Source: Patescibacteria group bacterium
GTDB lineage: Bacteria > Patescibacteriota > UBA1384 > XYA2-FULL-43-10 > 1-14-0-10-43-13
DNA length: 64,000 nt
Direction: 5' to 3'
Assembly: GCA_041649155.1 (NCBI GenBank)
Contig: JBAZNP010000001.1
Coordinates: forward strand, 430,564 to 494,563
Shown: piece by piece, positions 52,619 through 63,115 of the stretch
How positions within the stretch are numbered: position 1 is the stretch's first letter
Layout: each line of letters begins with the position of its first letter
Translations under genes and position numbers: made by a program
Notes under the pieces: model-generated
The model's database searches: none
Seen by the model: only the letters and a program-made list of their open reading frames with translations
Told to the model about the DNA's origin: nothing

Positions 52619-53101
52619 TTATAACTCTTTAATTGCTTGTTCTGTTAATTTCGCTTTGCTATTGGCATCTATTTCTTCGCCAACGATCTTATCCAATGCC
52701 ATTACTACAACGTTCGATAACTCTTTTTTAGCTTCTTTTAAGGCTCTTTCCTTCGCCATGCCTGCTTCTTCGTCGGCATTTTTTAATATTTTATCTGCCT
52801 GATCGTTTGCTTTTTTAACTATGGATGCGGCTTTTTCACTCGCTTCCTTTTTGGCTTCTGAAATAATTTTATCAGCCTCTTTAAAGGCATCATCCTTTAT
52901 CTTGTCAGCATTTTCTTTTGCCTGACCCAAACATTTCTCTGCATTTTCCGAATCCTTTAATCCTTTACAGATTTTTTCCTCCCTGTCGCTCAACATTTTT
53001 GTGATTGGTTTATACAAGAATTTGGAGAGTACCAAAAAAAGTACAACAAAATTTACTATTTGCGCGATCAATAATTTTAAATCTATTCCTAAAGCTTCCA
53101 T
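52619..53101 (-). CDS. atpF: ATP synthase b subunit
   Basis: AQIVNFVVLFLVLSKFLYKPI, coiled coil. Confidence 0.93.
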   Translation of the reverse strand: MEALGIDLKLLIAQIVNFVVLFLVLSKFLYKPITKMLSDREEKICKGLKDSENAEKCLGQAKENADKIKDDAFKEADKIISEAKKEASEKAASIVKKANDQADKILKNADEEAGMAKERALKEAKKELSNVVVMALDKIVGEEIDANSKAKLTEQAIKEL

Positions 53102-53188
53102 GATAATTTTCTCCGAAAATTAGTAGTCAGTACTCAGTAGTCAGTTTTCAGCTAAGTGCTGATTTACTGACAACTGATTTACTAACAA

Positions 53189-53437
<249 letters not shown>

Positions 53438-53441
53438 TTAT

Positions 53442-53534
53442 ATTGTTTTATTGTTACATTGCTCTATTGCTAACCTCGCCTACCCTCTCCTTAGAAAGGA
53501 GAGGAGCAATATAACAATTTAGCAATACAACAAT
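53442..53534. repeat. Composite octamer-arm/BoxC-like element between atpB and atpE
   Basis: ATTGTTTT ATTGTTAC ATTGCTCT ATTGCTAA CCTCGCCTACCCTCTCCTTAGAAAGGAGAGGAG CAATATAA CAATTTAG CAATACAA CAAT. Confidence 0.88.
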
Positions 53535-53536
53535 TA

Positions 53537-54286
53537 TTAGTGTGCTTCTGCGGCATGGTCTGTTATAGCCATTTTTATAAATACTAAAGCAAGCATTGTG
53601 AATACTAAAGCCTGAATGAAACCGACGAATATTTCAAGCAGATAAAATGGCAATGGCGCAACATAAGGAACAATCATAGCAATAACCGTAAGTAAAACTT
53701 CTCCGGCAAAAATATTTCCGAACAGACGAAAGGAAAAGGAAATCATTTTGGAAAATTCTGATACTATCTCCAGAGTGCCGACGAAGAAATCAATTGGTCC
53801 CTTGAAATTAATAAATCTACTAAAGTATTTGGTAAATCCAATAGCGAGTACGCCGAAAACCTGAACCATTACGACGGTCAAGATCGCGAGAGCTAAAGTT
53901 GTATTGAGATCGGCGTTACCGCCACGGAAAATTGGAATGAAAACTTCTTTGCCGTGATGGATTTCATGAAGGCCGATTGTACCAACACCAGGAAGAAGAC
54001 CAAGCCAGTTGTTTGTAATGATAAAAAGAAATATTGTCGCTAAAAGAGGGAAATATTTCTTCGTTTGTTCTTTGTCGTCTATTACGCTGTTAACCATATT
54101 AAACAGAAGCTCAACTATTGTCTCAAAGAAGTTTTGGATTCCACGGGGAATATCTTTTAAATTTCTGGCGGCTAAAACACCAAAAACAATAAGCAGCAAA
54201 GTGGCAATCCAGCTTGTTAGCATTGAGTTTGTGATCGGCATTGATCCAATGTGCCCGATTTTTTCAGCAGCTAAGGAAATTTCCAT
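53537..54286 (-). CDS. atpB: ATP synthase a subunit
   Basis: NWLGLLPG, SFSFRLFGNIFAGE, IQALVF. Confidence 0.96.
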   Translation of the reverse strand: MEISLAAEKIGHIGSMPITNSMLTSWIATLLLIVFGVLAARNLKDIPRGIQNFFETIVELLFNMVNSVIDDKEQTKKYFPLLATIFLFIITNNWLGLLPGVGTIGLHEIHHGKEVFIPIFRGGNADLNTTLALAILTVVMVQVFGVLAIGFTKYFSRFINFKGPIDFFVGTLEIVSEFSKMISFSFRLFGNIFAGEVLLTVIAMIVPYVAPLPFYLLEIFVGFIQALVFTMLALVFIKMAITDHAAEAH

Positions 54287-54380
54287 GAAAATTTTTAATT
54301 TTTAATTTAAAATTTCTAATCAATTTCTAATTTTAAAATTTTTAAACATTAATCATTAAAAATTGAATAAAAATTAAGAA

Positions 54381-54626
54381 TTAAAAATTTCTGATAGCGT
54401 CTCTAACAATTTTTCTTAAAGTAAAGTAAACAATTACTGTAGCAAGGAATAAACCGGCTAAGAATAAGTAAGGTGCTGTTCCATATTTGTTGTCCAGATA
54501 ACGACCTAAAAGGCCGAATATTACTAATGGAAGGGCAGTCGCAAAGCCAATCTGTCCGATTAATGAAAAAGAGAAAATCATACTCTTCTTCAAAGAATTA
54601 TCTTTTTTTGTGTCTTCTTTTTTCAA
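54381..54626 (-). CDS. AtpZ/AtpI-family protein
   Basis: GQIGF...LGRYLD..GTAP; first gene of the atp operon. Confidence 0.85.
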   Translation of the reverse strand: MKKEDTKKDNSLKKSMIFSFSLIGQIGFATALPLVIFGLLGRYLDNKYGTAPYLFLAGLFLATVIVYFTLRKIVRDAIRNF

Positions 54627-54788
54627 AATCTATAAGCCCAAGCTAACACTGCCACGAAGCGCTGTCAATATAGGGGACTATTGACGGAAATTAAGACCTG
54701 TGATAAGGGTTTTGTAAATTATTTTAATATTTCGTTAATTTATGTTTTTTTAATGTTTTGTTAAGTCTCTCTGCATAAAATAAATATT

Positions 54789-56342
54789 GTGAATAAAGTT
54801 GCAAAAATATTTTCGGCTGCGACGGTTGGTCTGGAATCGTATTTAGTTGAGGTGGAAGTCGACATAGGAGCAGGGCTTCCTTCTTTTAGTATTGTTGGTC
54901 TTCCTGATAAGGCGATTGATGAAAGTAAGGAGAGAATTCGAGCGGCGATCAAAAATTCTAATGTAAATTTTCCCCAGCATCGTCTTACAATAAATTTGGC
55001 TCCAGCTGACGTTAAGAAAGAGGGGCCTAGTTTTGATTTGCCGATGGCGGTTGGAATATTGCTGGCTGGCGAGCAGCTTCAACATATTCCTGAATATAAA
55101 AAATCATTGTTTATTGGTGAACTTTCGCTTAATGGTGAGCTTCGTCACGTTAACGGGATTTTACCGATAGTGCTTTTTGCGGCTCAAAATGGATTTGAAC
55201 GGGTGTACTTACCTGAAGTGAATGCTCACGAGGCATCTTTGATAAAAGGAATTGATATTTTTGCTGTCAAAGATTTGAAACAGTTGGTGAAACATTTGAG
55301 AAGCGAAGAAATCATCAAGCCGTACCCAAAAGTTACAAGTTACAAGAAACAAGATACAAACAATACTGAATTCGACTTTGCGTATGTGGCGGGACAAGAA
55401 CAGGTTAAGAGGGCGATGGAGATTGCGGCTGCGGGAAATCATAACATTTTACTTTCCGGACCTCCCGGGTCGGGTAAAACTTTGTTGGCCAGAAGCATTA
55501 CTACGATTTTGCCGGAAATGGACGAGGATGAGATGCTTGATGTGACCAAGATTTATTCTGTGGCAGGAATGCTGATAAGTGGCGAGCGTAGTCGAACCAT
55601 GAATAGTTTGATATCGGAGCGTCCCTTTCGTTCTCCTCATCATACGACATCAAGCGTAGCTCTTATCGGAGGAGGGCAGTGGCCTCGCCCAGGAGAGATA
55701 AGCCTTTCCCATCGAGGCATACTCTTTTTGGATGAATTTCCTGAGTTTCCAAGGAATGTATTGGAAGCATTGCGCCAGCCGCTCGAAGATGGTGTTGTCA
55801 CTGTCTCGCGTGCGCAGGGAAGTTTGACATTTCCGGCTGAATTTTTGTTGGTCGCGGCACAAAATCCCTGTCCTTGCGGTTATCTTTCTGATCCGGACCG
55901 GCGTTGTATTTGTACTCCAATTCAGATTATGAGATATCAGAAAAAGATCTCCGGTCCGCTTTTGGATAGGATTGATATTCACATTGAAGTGCCAAGGCTG
56001 AAATATGAGAAGCTGGCAAGTAAAAAAGTAGCAGAGTCATCGAGCGAAGTTAAAAAAAGAGTGCAGGAAGCGAGGAATATTCAAAATAAAAGGTTTGAAG
56101 GTTTGAAAATCAAGGCAAATTCGGGGATAAATTCACGTAGAATTAAGGAATTTTGCCAGCTTGATCTTGAAGCTGAAAGGGTTTTGGCTAGTGCAGTTGA
56201 GCAAATGAAGCTTTCTGCTCGTGTATATCACAGGCTTTTAAAAATTGCCCGAACAATTGCGGATTTAGAGAAATCCGAGATCATCCAGGCAAACCATATC
56301 GCTGAAGCTCTTCAATATAGGCCGAAAGAGAAAGCTTATTGA
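54789..56342 (+). CDS. comM: ComM/YifB Mg-chelatase-like AAA+ ATPase
   Basis: IVGLPD, NLAPAD, GPPGSGKT, PFRSPHH, NPCPCG, ARTIADL. Confidence 0.95.
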   Translation: MNKVAKIFSAATVGLESYLVEVEVDIGAGLPSFSIVGLPDKAIDESKERIRAAIKNSNVNFPQHRLTINLAPADVKKEGPSFDLPMAVGILLAGEQLQHIPEYKKSLFIGELSLNGELRHVNGILPIVLFAAQNGFERVYLPEVNAHEASLIKGIDIFAVKDLKQLVKHLRSEEIIKPYPKVTSYKKQDTNNTEFDFAYVAGQEQVKRAMEIAAAGNHNILLSGPPGSGKTLLARSITTILPEMDEDEMLDVTKIYSVAGMLISGERSRTMNSLISERPFRSPHHTTSSVALIGGGQWPRPGEISLSHRGILFLDEFPEFPRNVLEALRQPLEDGVVTVSRAQGSLTFPAEFLLVAAQNPCPCGYLSDPDRRCICTPIQIMRYQKKISGPLLDRIDIHIEVPRLKYEKLASKKVAESSSEVKKRVQEARNIQNKRFEGLKIKANSGINSRRIKEFCQLDLEAERVLASAVEQMKLSARVYHRLLKIARTIADLEKSEIIQANHIAEALQYRPKEKAY

Positions 56343-56439
56343 TTCTTAAAAAAATGTGGACCGCAGCTCTGAGCGTAGCTGCGGTCTTTGCCAGTGAGGG
56401 TTATTTCCCTCATCTTGTTATAGATTGGTGACCGATCGA

Positions 56440-56760
56440 TCAGTGAGAACCGACCAGTCCGCGTGCTGCCTCGTAAGCGGCACTGCTCCACTTAAAGGGG
56501 GCAGAGTCCTTTTCCTTGAGCCGGAATAAGATTATTCCCTTCTCTTCAATACACTCAAGAAGAAGCTTTCCTCCCTCTACTGTTGCAGATAAACCAGCCT
56601 TCATTGACTGAAGGAGCCTTGTTATCTTGGTCACTCTGCATAGTTCGCAGGGTATTACCAAGATGCCGGTTTCTGCTGATTTGACGATATCGATCGCCTC
56701 ATCTAATCCTTTGGGGAGAATTATCTCCGTTGCCTTTGTTTTTCCCACCACTTGTTCCAC
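56440..56760 (-). CDS. Hypothetical protein
   Basis: AAGGAGG RBS before GTG 56760. Confidence 0.6.
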   Translation of the reverse strand: MEQVVGKTKATEIILPKGLDEAIDIVKSAETGILVIPCELCRVTKITRLLQSMKAGLSATVEGGKLLLECIEEKGIILFRLKEKDSAPFKWSSAAYEAARGLVGSH

Positions 56761-56863
56761 TTTCCATTCCTCCTTGATGTTCTCTATGCTAGAGACAGTG
56801 GTTATATGAAGAGAATTATACTGATAGTTTAGCTGTTTGTCAACAAAAAAACCGCTCACTCTT

Positions 56864-56946
56864 TGTCATTCCCGCGAAGGCGGGAATTCACTAAGATTTA
56901 CTATCCTGGATCCCCGGGCCATGGCGTTGCCTGCCCGAGGATGACA
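56864..56946. repeat. TGTCAT..ATGACA palindromic element
   Basis: TGTCATTCCCGCGAAGGCGGGAATTC..GGATCCCCGGGC..GCCCGAGGATGACA. Confidence 0.88.
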
Positions 56947-56968
56947 TGGAGAACGGCGTTTTTTTGAA

Positions 56969-57313
56969 TTATTGTGTTTGAATATTGGCGACTCTGTATA
57001 TCCAATCGCCGAATGAGCTTAAAACGTTTGTTTTTGCGCCCAACAGACAGATCCCTGTGAAGAGTACGCCAAGGATTAGGATTATGAATAATATCTTTTT
57101 AACATCTTTTTTGACATGATCGTATTGATTGTTTGAGTAGGGGTCATCGGTTTTGGGAGATGTTGGTTCTGTGACCTTGTTATCTATCCCATTGGAAATT
57201 GATTCTTCTGAGACAACAGGATCAGATGAAATAAATGTAGTGGTATTAATTTCTTGTGGAGTTGACTTAACTGACTTATTTTTCTTGAATTTTTTATTCT
57301 TTTTCTTTGACAT
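56969..57313 (-). CDS. Hypothetical single-TM membrane protein
   Basis: AGGAAGGA RBS, Lys-rich N-terminus, YDHVKKDVKKI then TM. Confidence 0.7.
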   Translation of the reverse strand: MSKKKNKKFKKNKSVKSTPQEINTTTFISSDPVVSEESISNGIDNKVTEPTSPKTDDPYSNNQYDHVKKDVKKILFIILILGVLFTGICLLGAKTNVLSSFGDWIYRVANIQTQ

Positions 57314-57492
57314 GTATTCCTTCCTTCTTAAATGGCTCATAATTAATGTAGTATATGATGGGAAGTTTGGCAATCCCATTTGATAAAATAGGATCACATT
57401 GAATAATATTATTAAATAATCAGGGTTTACACTTGTGCCTGATTATGTTAATATTTTTATTGTTTAGTAAGGATCGGGGCTTGTGTAAATTC

Positions 57493-57567
<75 letters not shown>

Positions 57568-57594
57568 TTCGACTCGTCGTCGATAAATTTGTTT

Positions 57595-57668
57595 GGTCTG
57601 GTGGCCGAGTGGTTAGGCAGCGGTCTGCAAAACCGCGTACCCCGGTTCAAGTCCGGGCCAGACCTCCA
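57595..57668 (+). tRNA. tRNA-Cys(GCA)
   Basis: GGTCTGG/CCAGACC acceptor, GCA anticodon, TCCA end. Confidence 0.97.
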
Positions 57669-57758
57669 AAATTAGAATTAAGAATCTGGAATTACGAATC
57701 AAGAAGAATTGAAAATTTATCCATAATTCATTATTCTATATTCATAATTCTTTCATGT

Positions 57759-57833
57759 GCGGGTATCGTATAGCGGCTATTATACGTCCTTGCCAAGGAT
57801 GAGATACGGGTTCGACTCCCGTTACCCGCTCCA
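57759..57833 (+). tRNA. tRNA-Gly(GCC)
   Basis: GCGGGTA/TACCCGC acceptor, GCC anticodon, TCCA end. Confidence 0.96.
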
Positions 57834-58000
57834 TAATAAAAGCCACAGCTTGTCTGTGGCTTTTATTATGGAGCGGGTTAGAATTTTATGTCAATTTATC
57901 AAATGTGCCCAGTTCATTTTTATTGACAGAATAAAGAAAATATTCTATAAGAATATTGACAAGGCGTTGCTTTAAGAGCGCTTTGAAGCATTAAAAAAAT

Positions 58001-58285
58001 TTGAAAGGGGTGGCTAGACTGTGCATTGAACAGATTCGTGCGGTAGTAGAGGGAAACATTGTTTTCGGTAAAAATGGCTCTTATATCGTCACTCGGCCTA
58101 TTGATCGAGATGATTTAGGGTCAATTACGTTCTCTATGTCTGTTTGGTCTGAAGAAACACAACCTGAATCAGGACACGTTGTCATTTTGGAAGCGCTTAC
58201 AAAGAAGCGCGGAGGATGGCGAGCTGGTCAGGCGAGATTTCTTCGGCTGGAAGACGAGAGACCAGCAATCAGCAAAGGAGCATAA
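58001..58285 (+). CDS. Hypothetical protein, possibly OB-fold-like
   Basis: 94 aa, directly upstream of the MutS-like gene; start uncertain. Confidence 0.6.
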   Translation: MKGVARLCIEQIRAVVEGNIVFGKNGSYIVTRPIDRDDLGSITFSMSVWSEETQPESGHVVILEALTKKRGGWRAGQARFLRLEDERPAISKGA

Positions 58286-58287
58286 AA

Positions 58288-60333
58288 TTGGGAAAAGCTG
58301 TAGCTACAGGAAGAGGTAATGAGGATGTTGTTGAGCTTGAGCAATTGCGATTGTCTCCAGTCGTGCGAGATTACCCCGAGCCTTGTTTTTGGGAAGAGGA
58401 CAGCGAGAGACTTGCACACATAACAATCGTAAATGGCAACGATTTTCCGAAGCAGAATATACTTGAAGGTCTCGGAATTGTCTCCGGACTCAGTAGCTCG
58501 TTTGGTATTTGCGACCCAGAGGAGATCAGAAAGCGTATCTCCTTAATGCGATTTTTCTGCGAAAATCCGGATATCAGAGAATGGTTTTCAGGGATGCGGA
58601 TAAAATTTGATATGCCGAATAATGAGCAGACTTTTGTGTCGTTCATTAACACAGGAGAGCGCAACCCCTATTGGTCTGGTGTTCATGAATTTTTAGGAGT
58701 AATGAACAAGACCAAAAACAAGAAATTGATGCCTGATGAACTGGCATCGTTTCTGAGAGTACTGGAAAGGTCAGCGGGTCTTGAGCAGGATGAACAGGCG
58801 ATGTTTGCTGCCATCGACAAACGGATTCAGAACATTGCTCATCTGGAAGGGTTTGTTGAGTTCGGTGTATCTCAGTTCACCAGTTCTAGTTGGTACCTAG
58901 TCAACGGAAAAGAAGATGGTGTTACTCACAAGGCTTCTCTTTCGGCTATGCGAACTGCGTGTTTTGGTTATCGTCGCTATTCAGAGGCAATCCGGAACTT
59001 TACTTCGAAACCTTATCCGGAGTGGTTTGACCAGTGGTGGAATCCAAGACGTTGGTTCGCAAATATTGAGGTAGAGAAAAAGCGAATTGATGAAATGAAC
59101 GCAGAGGCAAGGGCTGCAGTATATGCGGATCAATCAGTATTATCAATTCCGGATATGCTGCTGGCTGATATTCATAAGGCGGTAACTGATCGTATTAACA
59201 GTTTGCGCCTTGGTGTACGTGATCTTGCGTATGGATGTTTGTTAGTGCGTTTCTCCTATGCTTCAGGCAGGTTGAGACTCCAGATCTACAATCTCACGGT
59301 TGGATCTTATTCCAGTGCGCCGGAATTCCAGTTCGCCAAAGAAGACGTGTACAGGGGCAAGGTTGCAGAGGAAATGTGCTCTAACTGGGAACACCTGGAT
59401 CAGCAGATGAATGATCAGATACTGTCGGTCGCGAGCGTTGGCATACGTCGTAAGCTGCTCAAACAGAACAAGAATCTATTTTGCGAGTTTGAAGCGCCTA
59501 GTCCTCAAACAAACGAGAAGTACCAATGGGATTCATTGAGTACTTTCTATCGCCATCTGGCGGTAGATGCAGTCTACACTGAGTGCATCAAGCATAGGCG
59601 GTACTTCTCGGCCAGCTTTGCCCAGCTCGGACGGATAAGTTCATTAGCTGAACGGCTCTGTGACGTGGCGCGCGAGTTGAAAGCTCCTCTATGCTATCCT
59701 GAGATCGTGGAAGAAGAGGATGATTCGGTCGTCGAATTCGATGGAATTTATCCTGTTGCTTTGTTGGCTGATCTTGCTGGCAAAAAGCCGGTCACGATCA
59801 AGGGGAGTATTTCAGGGGCAAGCCAAGTGGTGGGTCTAACTGGCAGAAACACTGGTGGTAAGACGGTCACTGCATTAACAATTGCAGCTAACATCTGGTT
59901 GGCTCAGAGCGGACTTCCGGTTCTTGGGCGATCGTTCCGTCTGAACGTCAAAAAGACTCTTGGTATGGTGTTTTTGGGTAAGGACGAAGGTTCGAGAAGT
60001 GACATCTTGCTGGGCAAGATCAAAGCGGTTCTCGAAGTTGCTTGCGTTCACAAAGGCAGTGAGATGGTAGTTATCGTGGACGAGCTTGGGGAAGGAACTC
60101 AGGAATCCTCCGGCGAAGTGTTTGGAAAGAGACTTCTGGCTACGCTTGCCGATAAGGGCATTACTACTCTATTCACAACGCAAATACTTGGTGTTGCTGA
60201 GTATGCCCAGGATTATCTGGATGCCCAATGCTATCGCTTGGATGCCAAACATCGTATGTGGTCTGGCATCGGCGGCGGCCAATTTGAGGCGTTGTTGAAA
60301 GAGCGTGGTATTGAAAAGCTCTTAGTACAGTAA
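58288..60333 (+). CDS. Divergent MutS-related ATPase with unknown N-terminal region
   Basis: LTGRNTGGKT, LAQSGLPV, VDELGEGT, LFTTQ; TTG start after AAGGAG. Confidence 0.8.
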   Translation: MGKAVATGRGNEDVVELEQLRLSPVVRDYPEPCFWEEDSERLAHITIVNGNDFPKQNILEGLGIVSGLSSSFGICDPEEIRKRISLMRFFCENPDIREWFSGMRIKFDMPNNEQTFVSFINTGERNPYWSGVHEFLGVMNKTKNKKLMPDELASFLRVLERSAGLEQDEQAMFAAIDKRIQNIAHLEGFVEFGVSQFTSSSWYLVNGKEDGVTHKASLSAMRTACFGYRRYSEAIRNFTSKPYPEWFDQWWNPRRWFANIEVEKKRIDEMNAEARAAVYADQSVLSIPDMLLADIHKAVTDRINSLRLGVRDLAYGCLLVRFSYASGRLRLQIYNLTVGSYSSAPEFQFAKEDVYRGKVAEEMCSNWEHLDQQMNDQILSVASVGIRRKLLKQNKNLFCEFEAPSPQTNEKYQWDSLSTFYRHLAVDAVYTECIKHRRYFSASFAQLGRISSLAERLCDVARELKAPLCYPEIVEEEDDSVVEFDGIYPVALLADLAGKKPVTIKGSISGASQVVGLTGRNTGGKTVTALTIAANIWLAQSGLPVLGRSFRLNVKKTLGMVFLGKDEGSRSDILLGKIKAVLEVACVHKGSEMVVIVDELGEGTQESSGEVFGKRLLATLADKGITTLFTTQILGVAEYAQDYLDAQCYRLDAKHRMWSGIGGGQFEALLKERGIEKLLVQ

Positions 60334-60489
60334 ACGCTAAAGCGTTTCAGGAAAATATTTATCCTTCCGGCATTGTTGCTGGGAGGATTTTTTTTAGCCG
60401 TTTTTATCGTCTTTGGGGTTGTAAATAAGTGTAAAGTCCAGTATTATGCTTGAAAAGCAAGGCAAATCAGTTTATTATGTTAAACATAC

Positions 60490-60708
60490 ATGTCAAATAT
60501 ATTTAAAATTATTCAAATTGTTCTGGCTATCCTACTCATGGCTGCAATTTTAATGCAGCAGAGAGGGTCGGGTCTTGGTATGGCATTTGGCGGTCAGGGC
60601 AATGTTTACCGATCACGCAGAGGCGCGGAAAAAATCCTGTTTATTGCAACTATTGTTATCGCTGTTCTCTTTTGTTTAACTGCTTTGGCCACAGTTTTCT
60701 TGGGCTAG
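60490..60708 (+). CDS. secG: Preprotein translocase SecG
   Basis: ILMQQRGSGLG.AFGG..RRGAEKIL, two TM. Confidence 0.93.
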   Translation: MSNIFKIIQIVLAILLMAAILMQQRGSGLGMAFGGQGNVYRSRRGAEKILFIATIVIAVLFCLTALATVFLG

Positions 60709-60716
60709 GCGCAACT

Positions 60717-62249
60717 ATGAAATTATTTTTACAAATTATTGCTAATTTGTGTGCCCATTTGATTGATTTATTAAAAAATCTTTTTTTAATTATTTTAACT
60801 TTTTCTAAACGAGTTAAGAAAAGTATTGTACTCATGAATAAGACTGAAAAGATACTGGCAGTCTCTTTTTTTATTTGTGCATTGGTTCTATCAGGATTGA
60901 AAGTTAAAGATGGTTTCTTTGAAAGAACAGTCACTGTTCCTGCCAGCGGTGGTGTATACAAAGAAGCAGTTTTTGGTGATTTTAAATACTTAAATCCGCT
61001 CTTGGCATCAACCGATGCTGAAAAATCTACATCAAAATTGGTTTTTTCCGGACTGATTAAGTACGACAAAAACAACAATGTTATCCCTGATATGGCTGAA
61101 AAGTGGGAAATTTCACCGGATAATTTGAAATATACTTTCTATCTTCGAAACGATGTTATGTTCCACGATGGCAAGAAGCTGACTGCTGAAGATGTAGCAT
61201 ACACGGTTGAAAAAATAAAAGCACCAGCATTTGAGAGTCCATTGTCGAGTGCCTGGGCTGATATTAATGTTACGGTTGACGGGGATAAGGTTATTTTTGA
61301 CTTGCCGAGGGCCTATGGTCCCTTTATCTATAATTGTGATTTTGGAATTTTGCCTTCACATTTATCTGATGACGAGTTTAACAGTAAGTTGGTTGGAACC
61401 GGTCCATATAAATTTGTTAGCACGGCGACCAAGAATAATAAAATTACTAAGTTAAATCTTGAGAGCAATTCCTTGTATTTTAATGGCGAGCCTTACATTG
61501 CCAAGATGGAGTTTGATTTTTTTGGTAATAAAGATGACGCGAAGCTTGCTTTTAAGAACAAAGAAACGAATGCGATTTCTGGTGTGAGCAGTGATGATAA
61601 AAATTTGACCGATTTATCTTTTAAGACAAATAAAAAACTCGGCCTGATTTTTAATTTAAGGAAAGATCAATTTAAAGATAAAGCTTATCGTCAAAATATT
61701 TTAAGCGATGCTAAACCAGCAGATGATAATGCCGAGCCAACAGGCGATGTAGTAAAAATAACTTTAACGACTTTGGATAATGAGCTACAAAGAAGCAAGG
61801 CTGAAGAATTAAAAAAACAATTTGCTGAAAAAAATATAAACTTGGATATTAAATATTTAAACTCCGTGAAAATGCAGGAAGCTTTGAGCAGCAGAGATTA
61901 TGAATTATTACTGGTTGGTTTTGATTTTGGATATGATCCTGATCCCTACGTGTTCTGGCATTCTTCACAAATGGAGCAGCTTAATTTTGCTGGTTTTAGC
62001 GACAAGAACTCAGACATTTTGCTTGAAGACGCAAGAATGTTGACTGATTATGCAGCTAGAAATGAGAAATATAATCAGTTCTTTGAGACTATAAAAAACG
62101 AAGCTTTGGGAGTTTTCTACGATCCGCTCAGCTCCTCCTATCAAGTAAAGCCTGAGATTAAAGATGCGACTGTTAATTGTAGCGAAGCTGATTATAGATT
62201 TAATGGAGTTGAGAAGTGGTATATCAAAACTAAACGGGTGAAAAAGTAA
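60717..62249 (+). CDS. ABC substrate-binding protein, family 5 (OppA-like)
   Basis: IPDMAEKWEIS.D..YTFYLR..FHDG..LTAEDV.YT, VGTGPYKF, DPDPY.FWHS. Confidence 0.9.
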   Translation: MKLFLQIIANLCAHLIDLLKNLFLIILTFSKRVKKSIVLMNKTEKILAVSFFICALVLSGLKVKDGFFERTVTVPASGGVYKEAVFGDFKYLNPLLASTDAEKSTSKLVFSGLIKYDKNNNVIPDMAEKWEISPDNLKYTFYLRNDVMFHDGKKLTAEDVAYTVEKIKAPAFESPLSSAWADINVTVDGDKVIFDLPRAYGPFIYNCDFGILPSHLSDDEFNSKLVGTGPYKFVSTATKNNKITKLNLESNSLYFNGEPYIAKMEFDFFGNKDDAKLAFKNKETNAISGVSSDDKNLTDLSFKTNKKLGLIFNLRKDQFKDKAYRQNILSDAKPADDNAEPTGDVVKITLTTLDNELQRSKAEELKKQFAEKNINLDIKYLNSVKMQEALSSRDYELLLVGFDFGYDPDPYVFWHSSQMEQLNFAGFSDKNSDILLEDARMLTDYAARNEKYNQFFETIKNEALGVFYDPLSSSYQVKPEIKDATVNCSEADYRFNGVEKWYIKTKRVKK

Positions 62250-62303
62250 ATCAGTTGTCAGTTCTCGGCCCGCCTGCCGGCGAGGCAAGTTGTAAGTAGT
62301 TAT

Positions 62304-62389
62304 GGGCGCGTGGCGGAATGGTAGACGCGCTACGTTCAGGTCGTAGTGAGAGCAATCTCGTGGAGGTTCAAGTCCTCTCGCGCCCACCA
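62304..62389 (+). tRNA. tRNA-Leu(CAG)
   Basis: GGGCGCG/CGCGCCC acceptor, CAG anticodon, long variable arm, CCA. Confidence 0.96.
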
Positions 62390-62445
62390 AATAGCTACCC
62401 CCATTGTTTTAATTGCAAAAGAATATTATTATTTAAGCAATAACT

Positions 62446-63018
62446 ATGAATAAAAATGTGTTCATCTTTCATGGGACAGAAGGTTATCCTGAAGAAAACT
62501 GGTTTCCATGGTTGAAACAAGAACTAGAGGAAAGAGGTTATCAAGTATTTGTGCCTCAATTTCCTTCGCCTCCAATTGTGCCTGCAAAAATAGCAGAATG
62601 GTTTGATGTGCTAAAAGACTATGAAAAGTATATTAACAAAGATACGATTCTTATCGGGCATAGCTTGGGTGGTATTTTTACGCTTCGCATACTTGAAAAA
62701 TTGAAACATCCAGTCAAGGCGGCATTTTTTGTTGGGACACCAATAGGAGTTAAACCTATTCTTAACTACGATCGAGACAGCAGTTTCAGCGGTTTTTCTT
62801 TTAATTGGAAAGTTATAAAAAGTAAAGTTTCTCATTTTGTAGTTTTACAATCTGACGATGACCCCTACGTTTCTCTCGGAAATGGAGAGGAGCTTGCGAA
62901 GCATTTGGATATTAATCTGGATTTTGTGCCAAATGCTGGACATTTCAATAAAAGGGCGGGATATCTAAAATTCGAGGAACTAAGAGACAAGGTTCTCTCT
63001 ATTCTTGAAAAAGAATAA
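62446..63018 (+). CDS. RBBP9/YdeN-family alpha/beta hydrolase
   Basis: FHG..NWFPWL, GHSLG, SDDDPYV, AGHFN. Confidence 0.92.
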   Translation: MNKNVFIFHGTEGYPEENWFPWLKQELEERGYQVFVPQFPSPPIVPAKIAEWFDVLKDYEKYINKDTILIGHSLGGIFTLRILEKLKHPVKAAFFVGTPIGVKPILNYDRDSSFSGFSFNWKVIKSKVSHFVVLQSDDDPYVSLGNGEELAKHLDINLDFVPNAGHFNKRAGYLKFEELRDKVLSILEKE

Positions 63019-63115
63019 GCTAGATCTATTTTAATTTATACTTATTTTGACAAGTGGGATTTTTTCGTATAGAACATAAGCAGAGTTTACGATCGAGAAA
63101 TGAAAAGAAGGGGGG

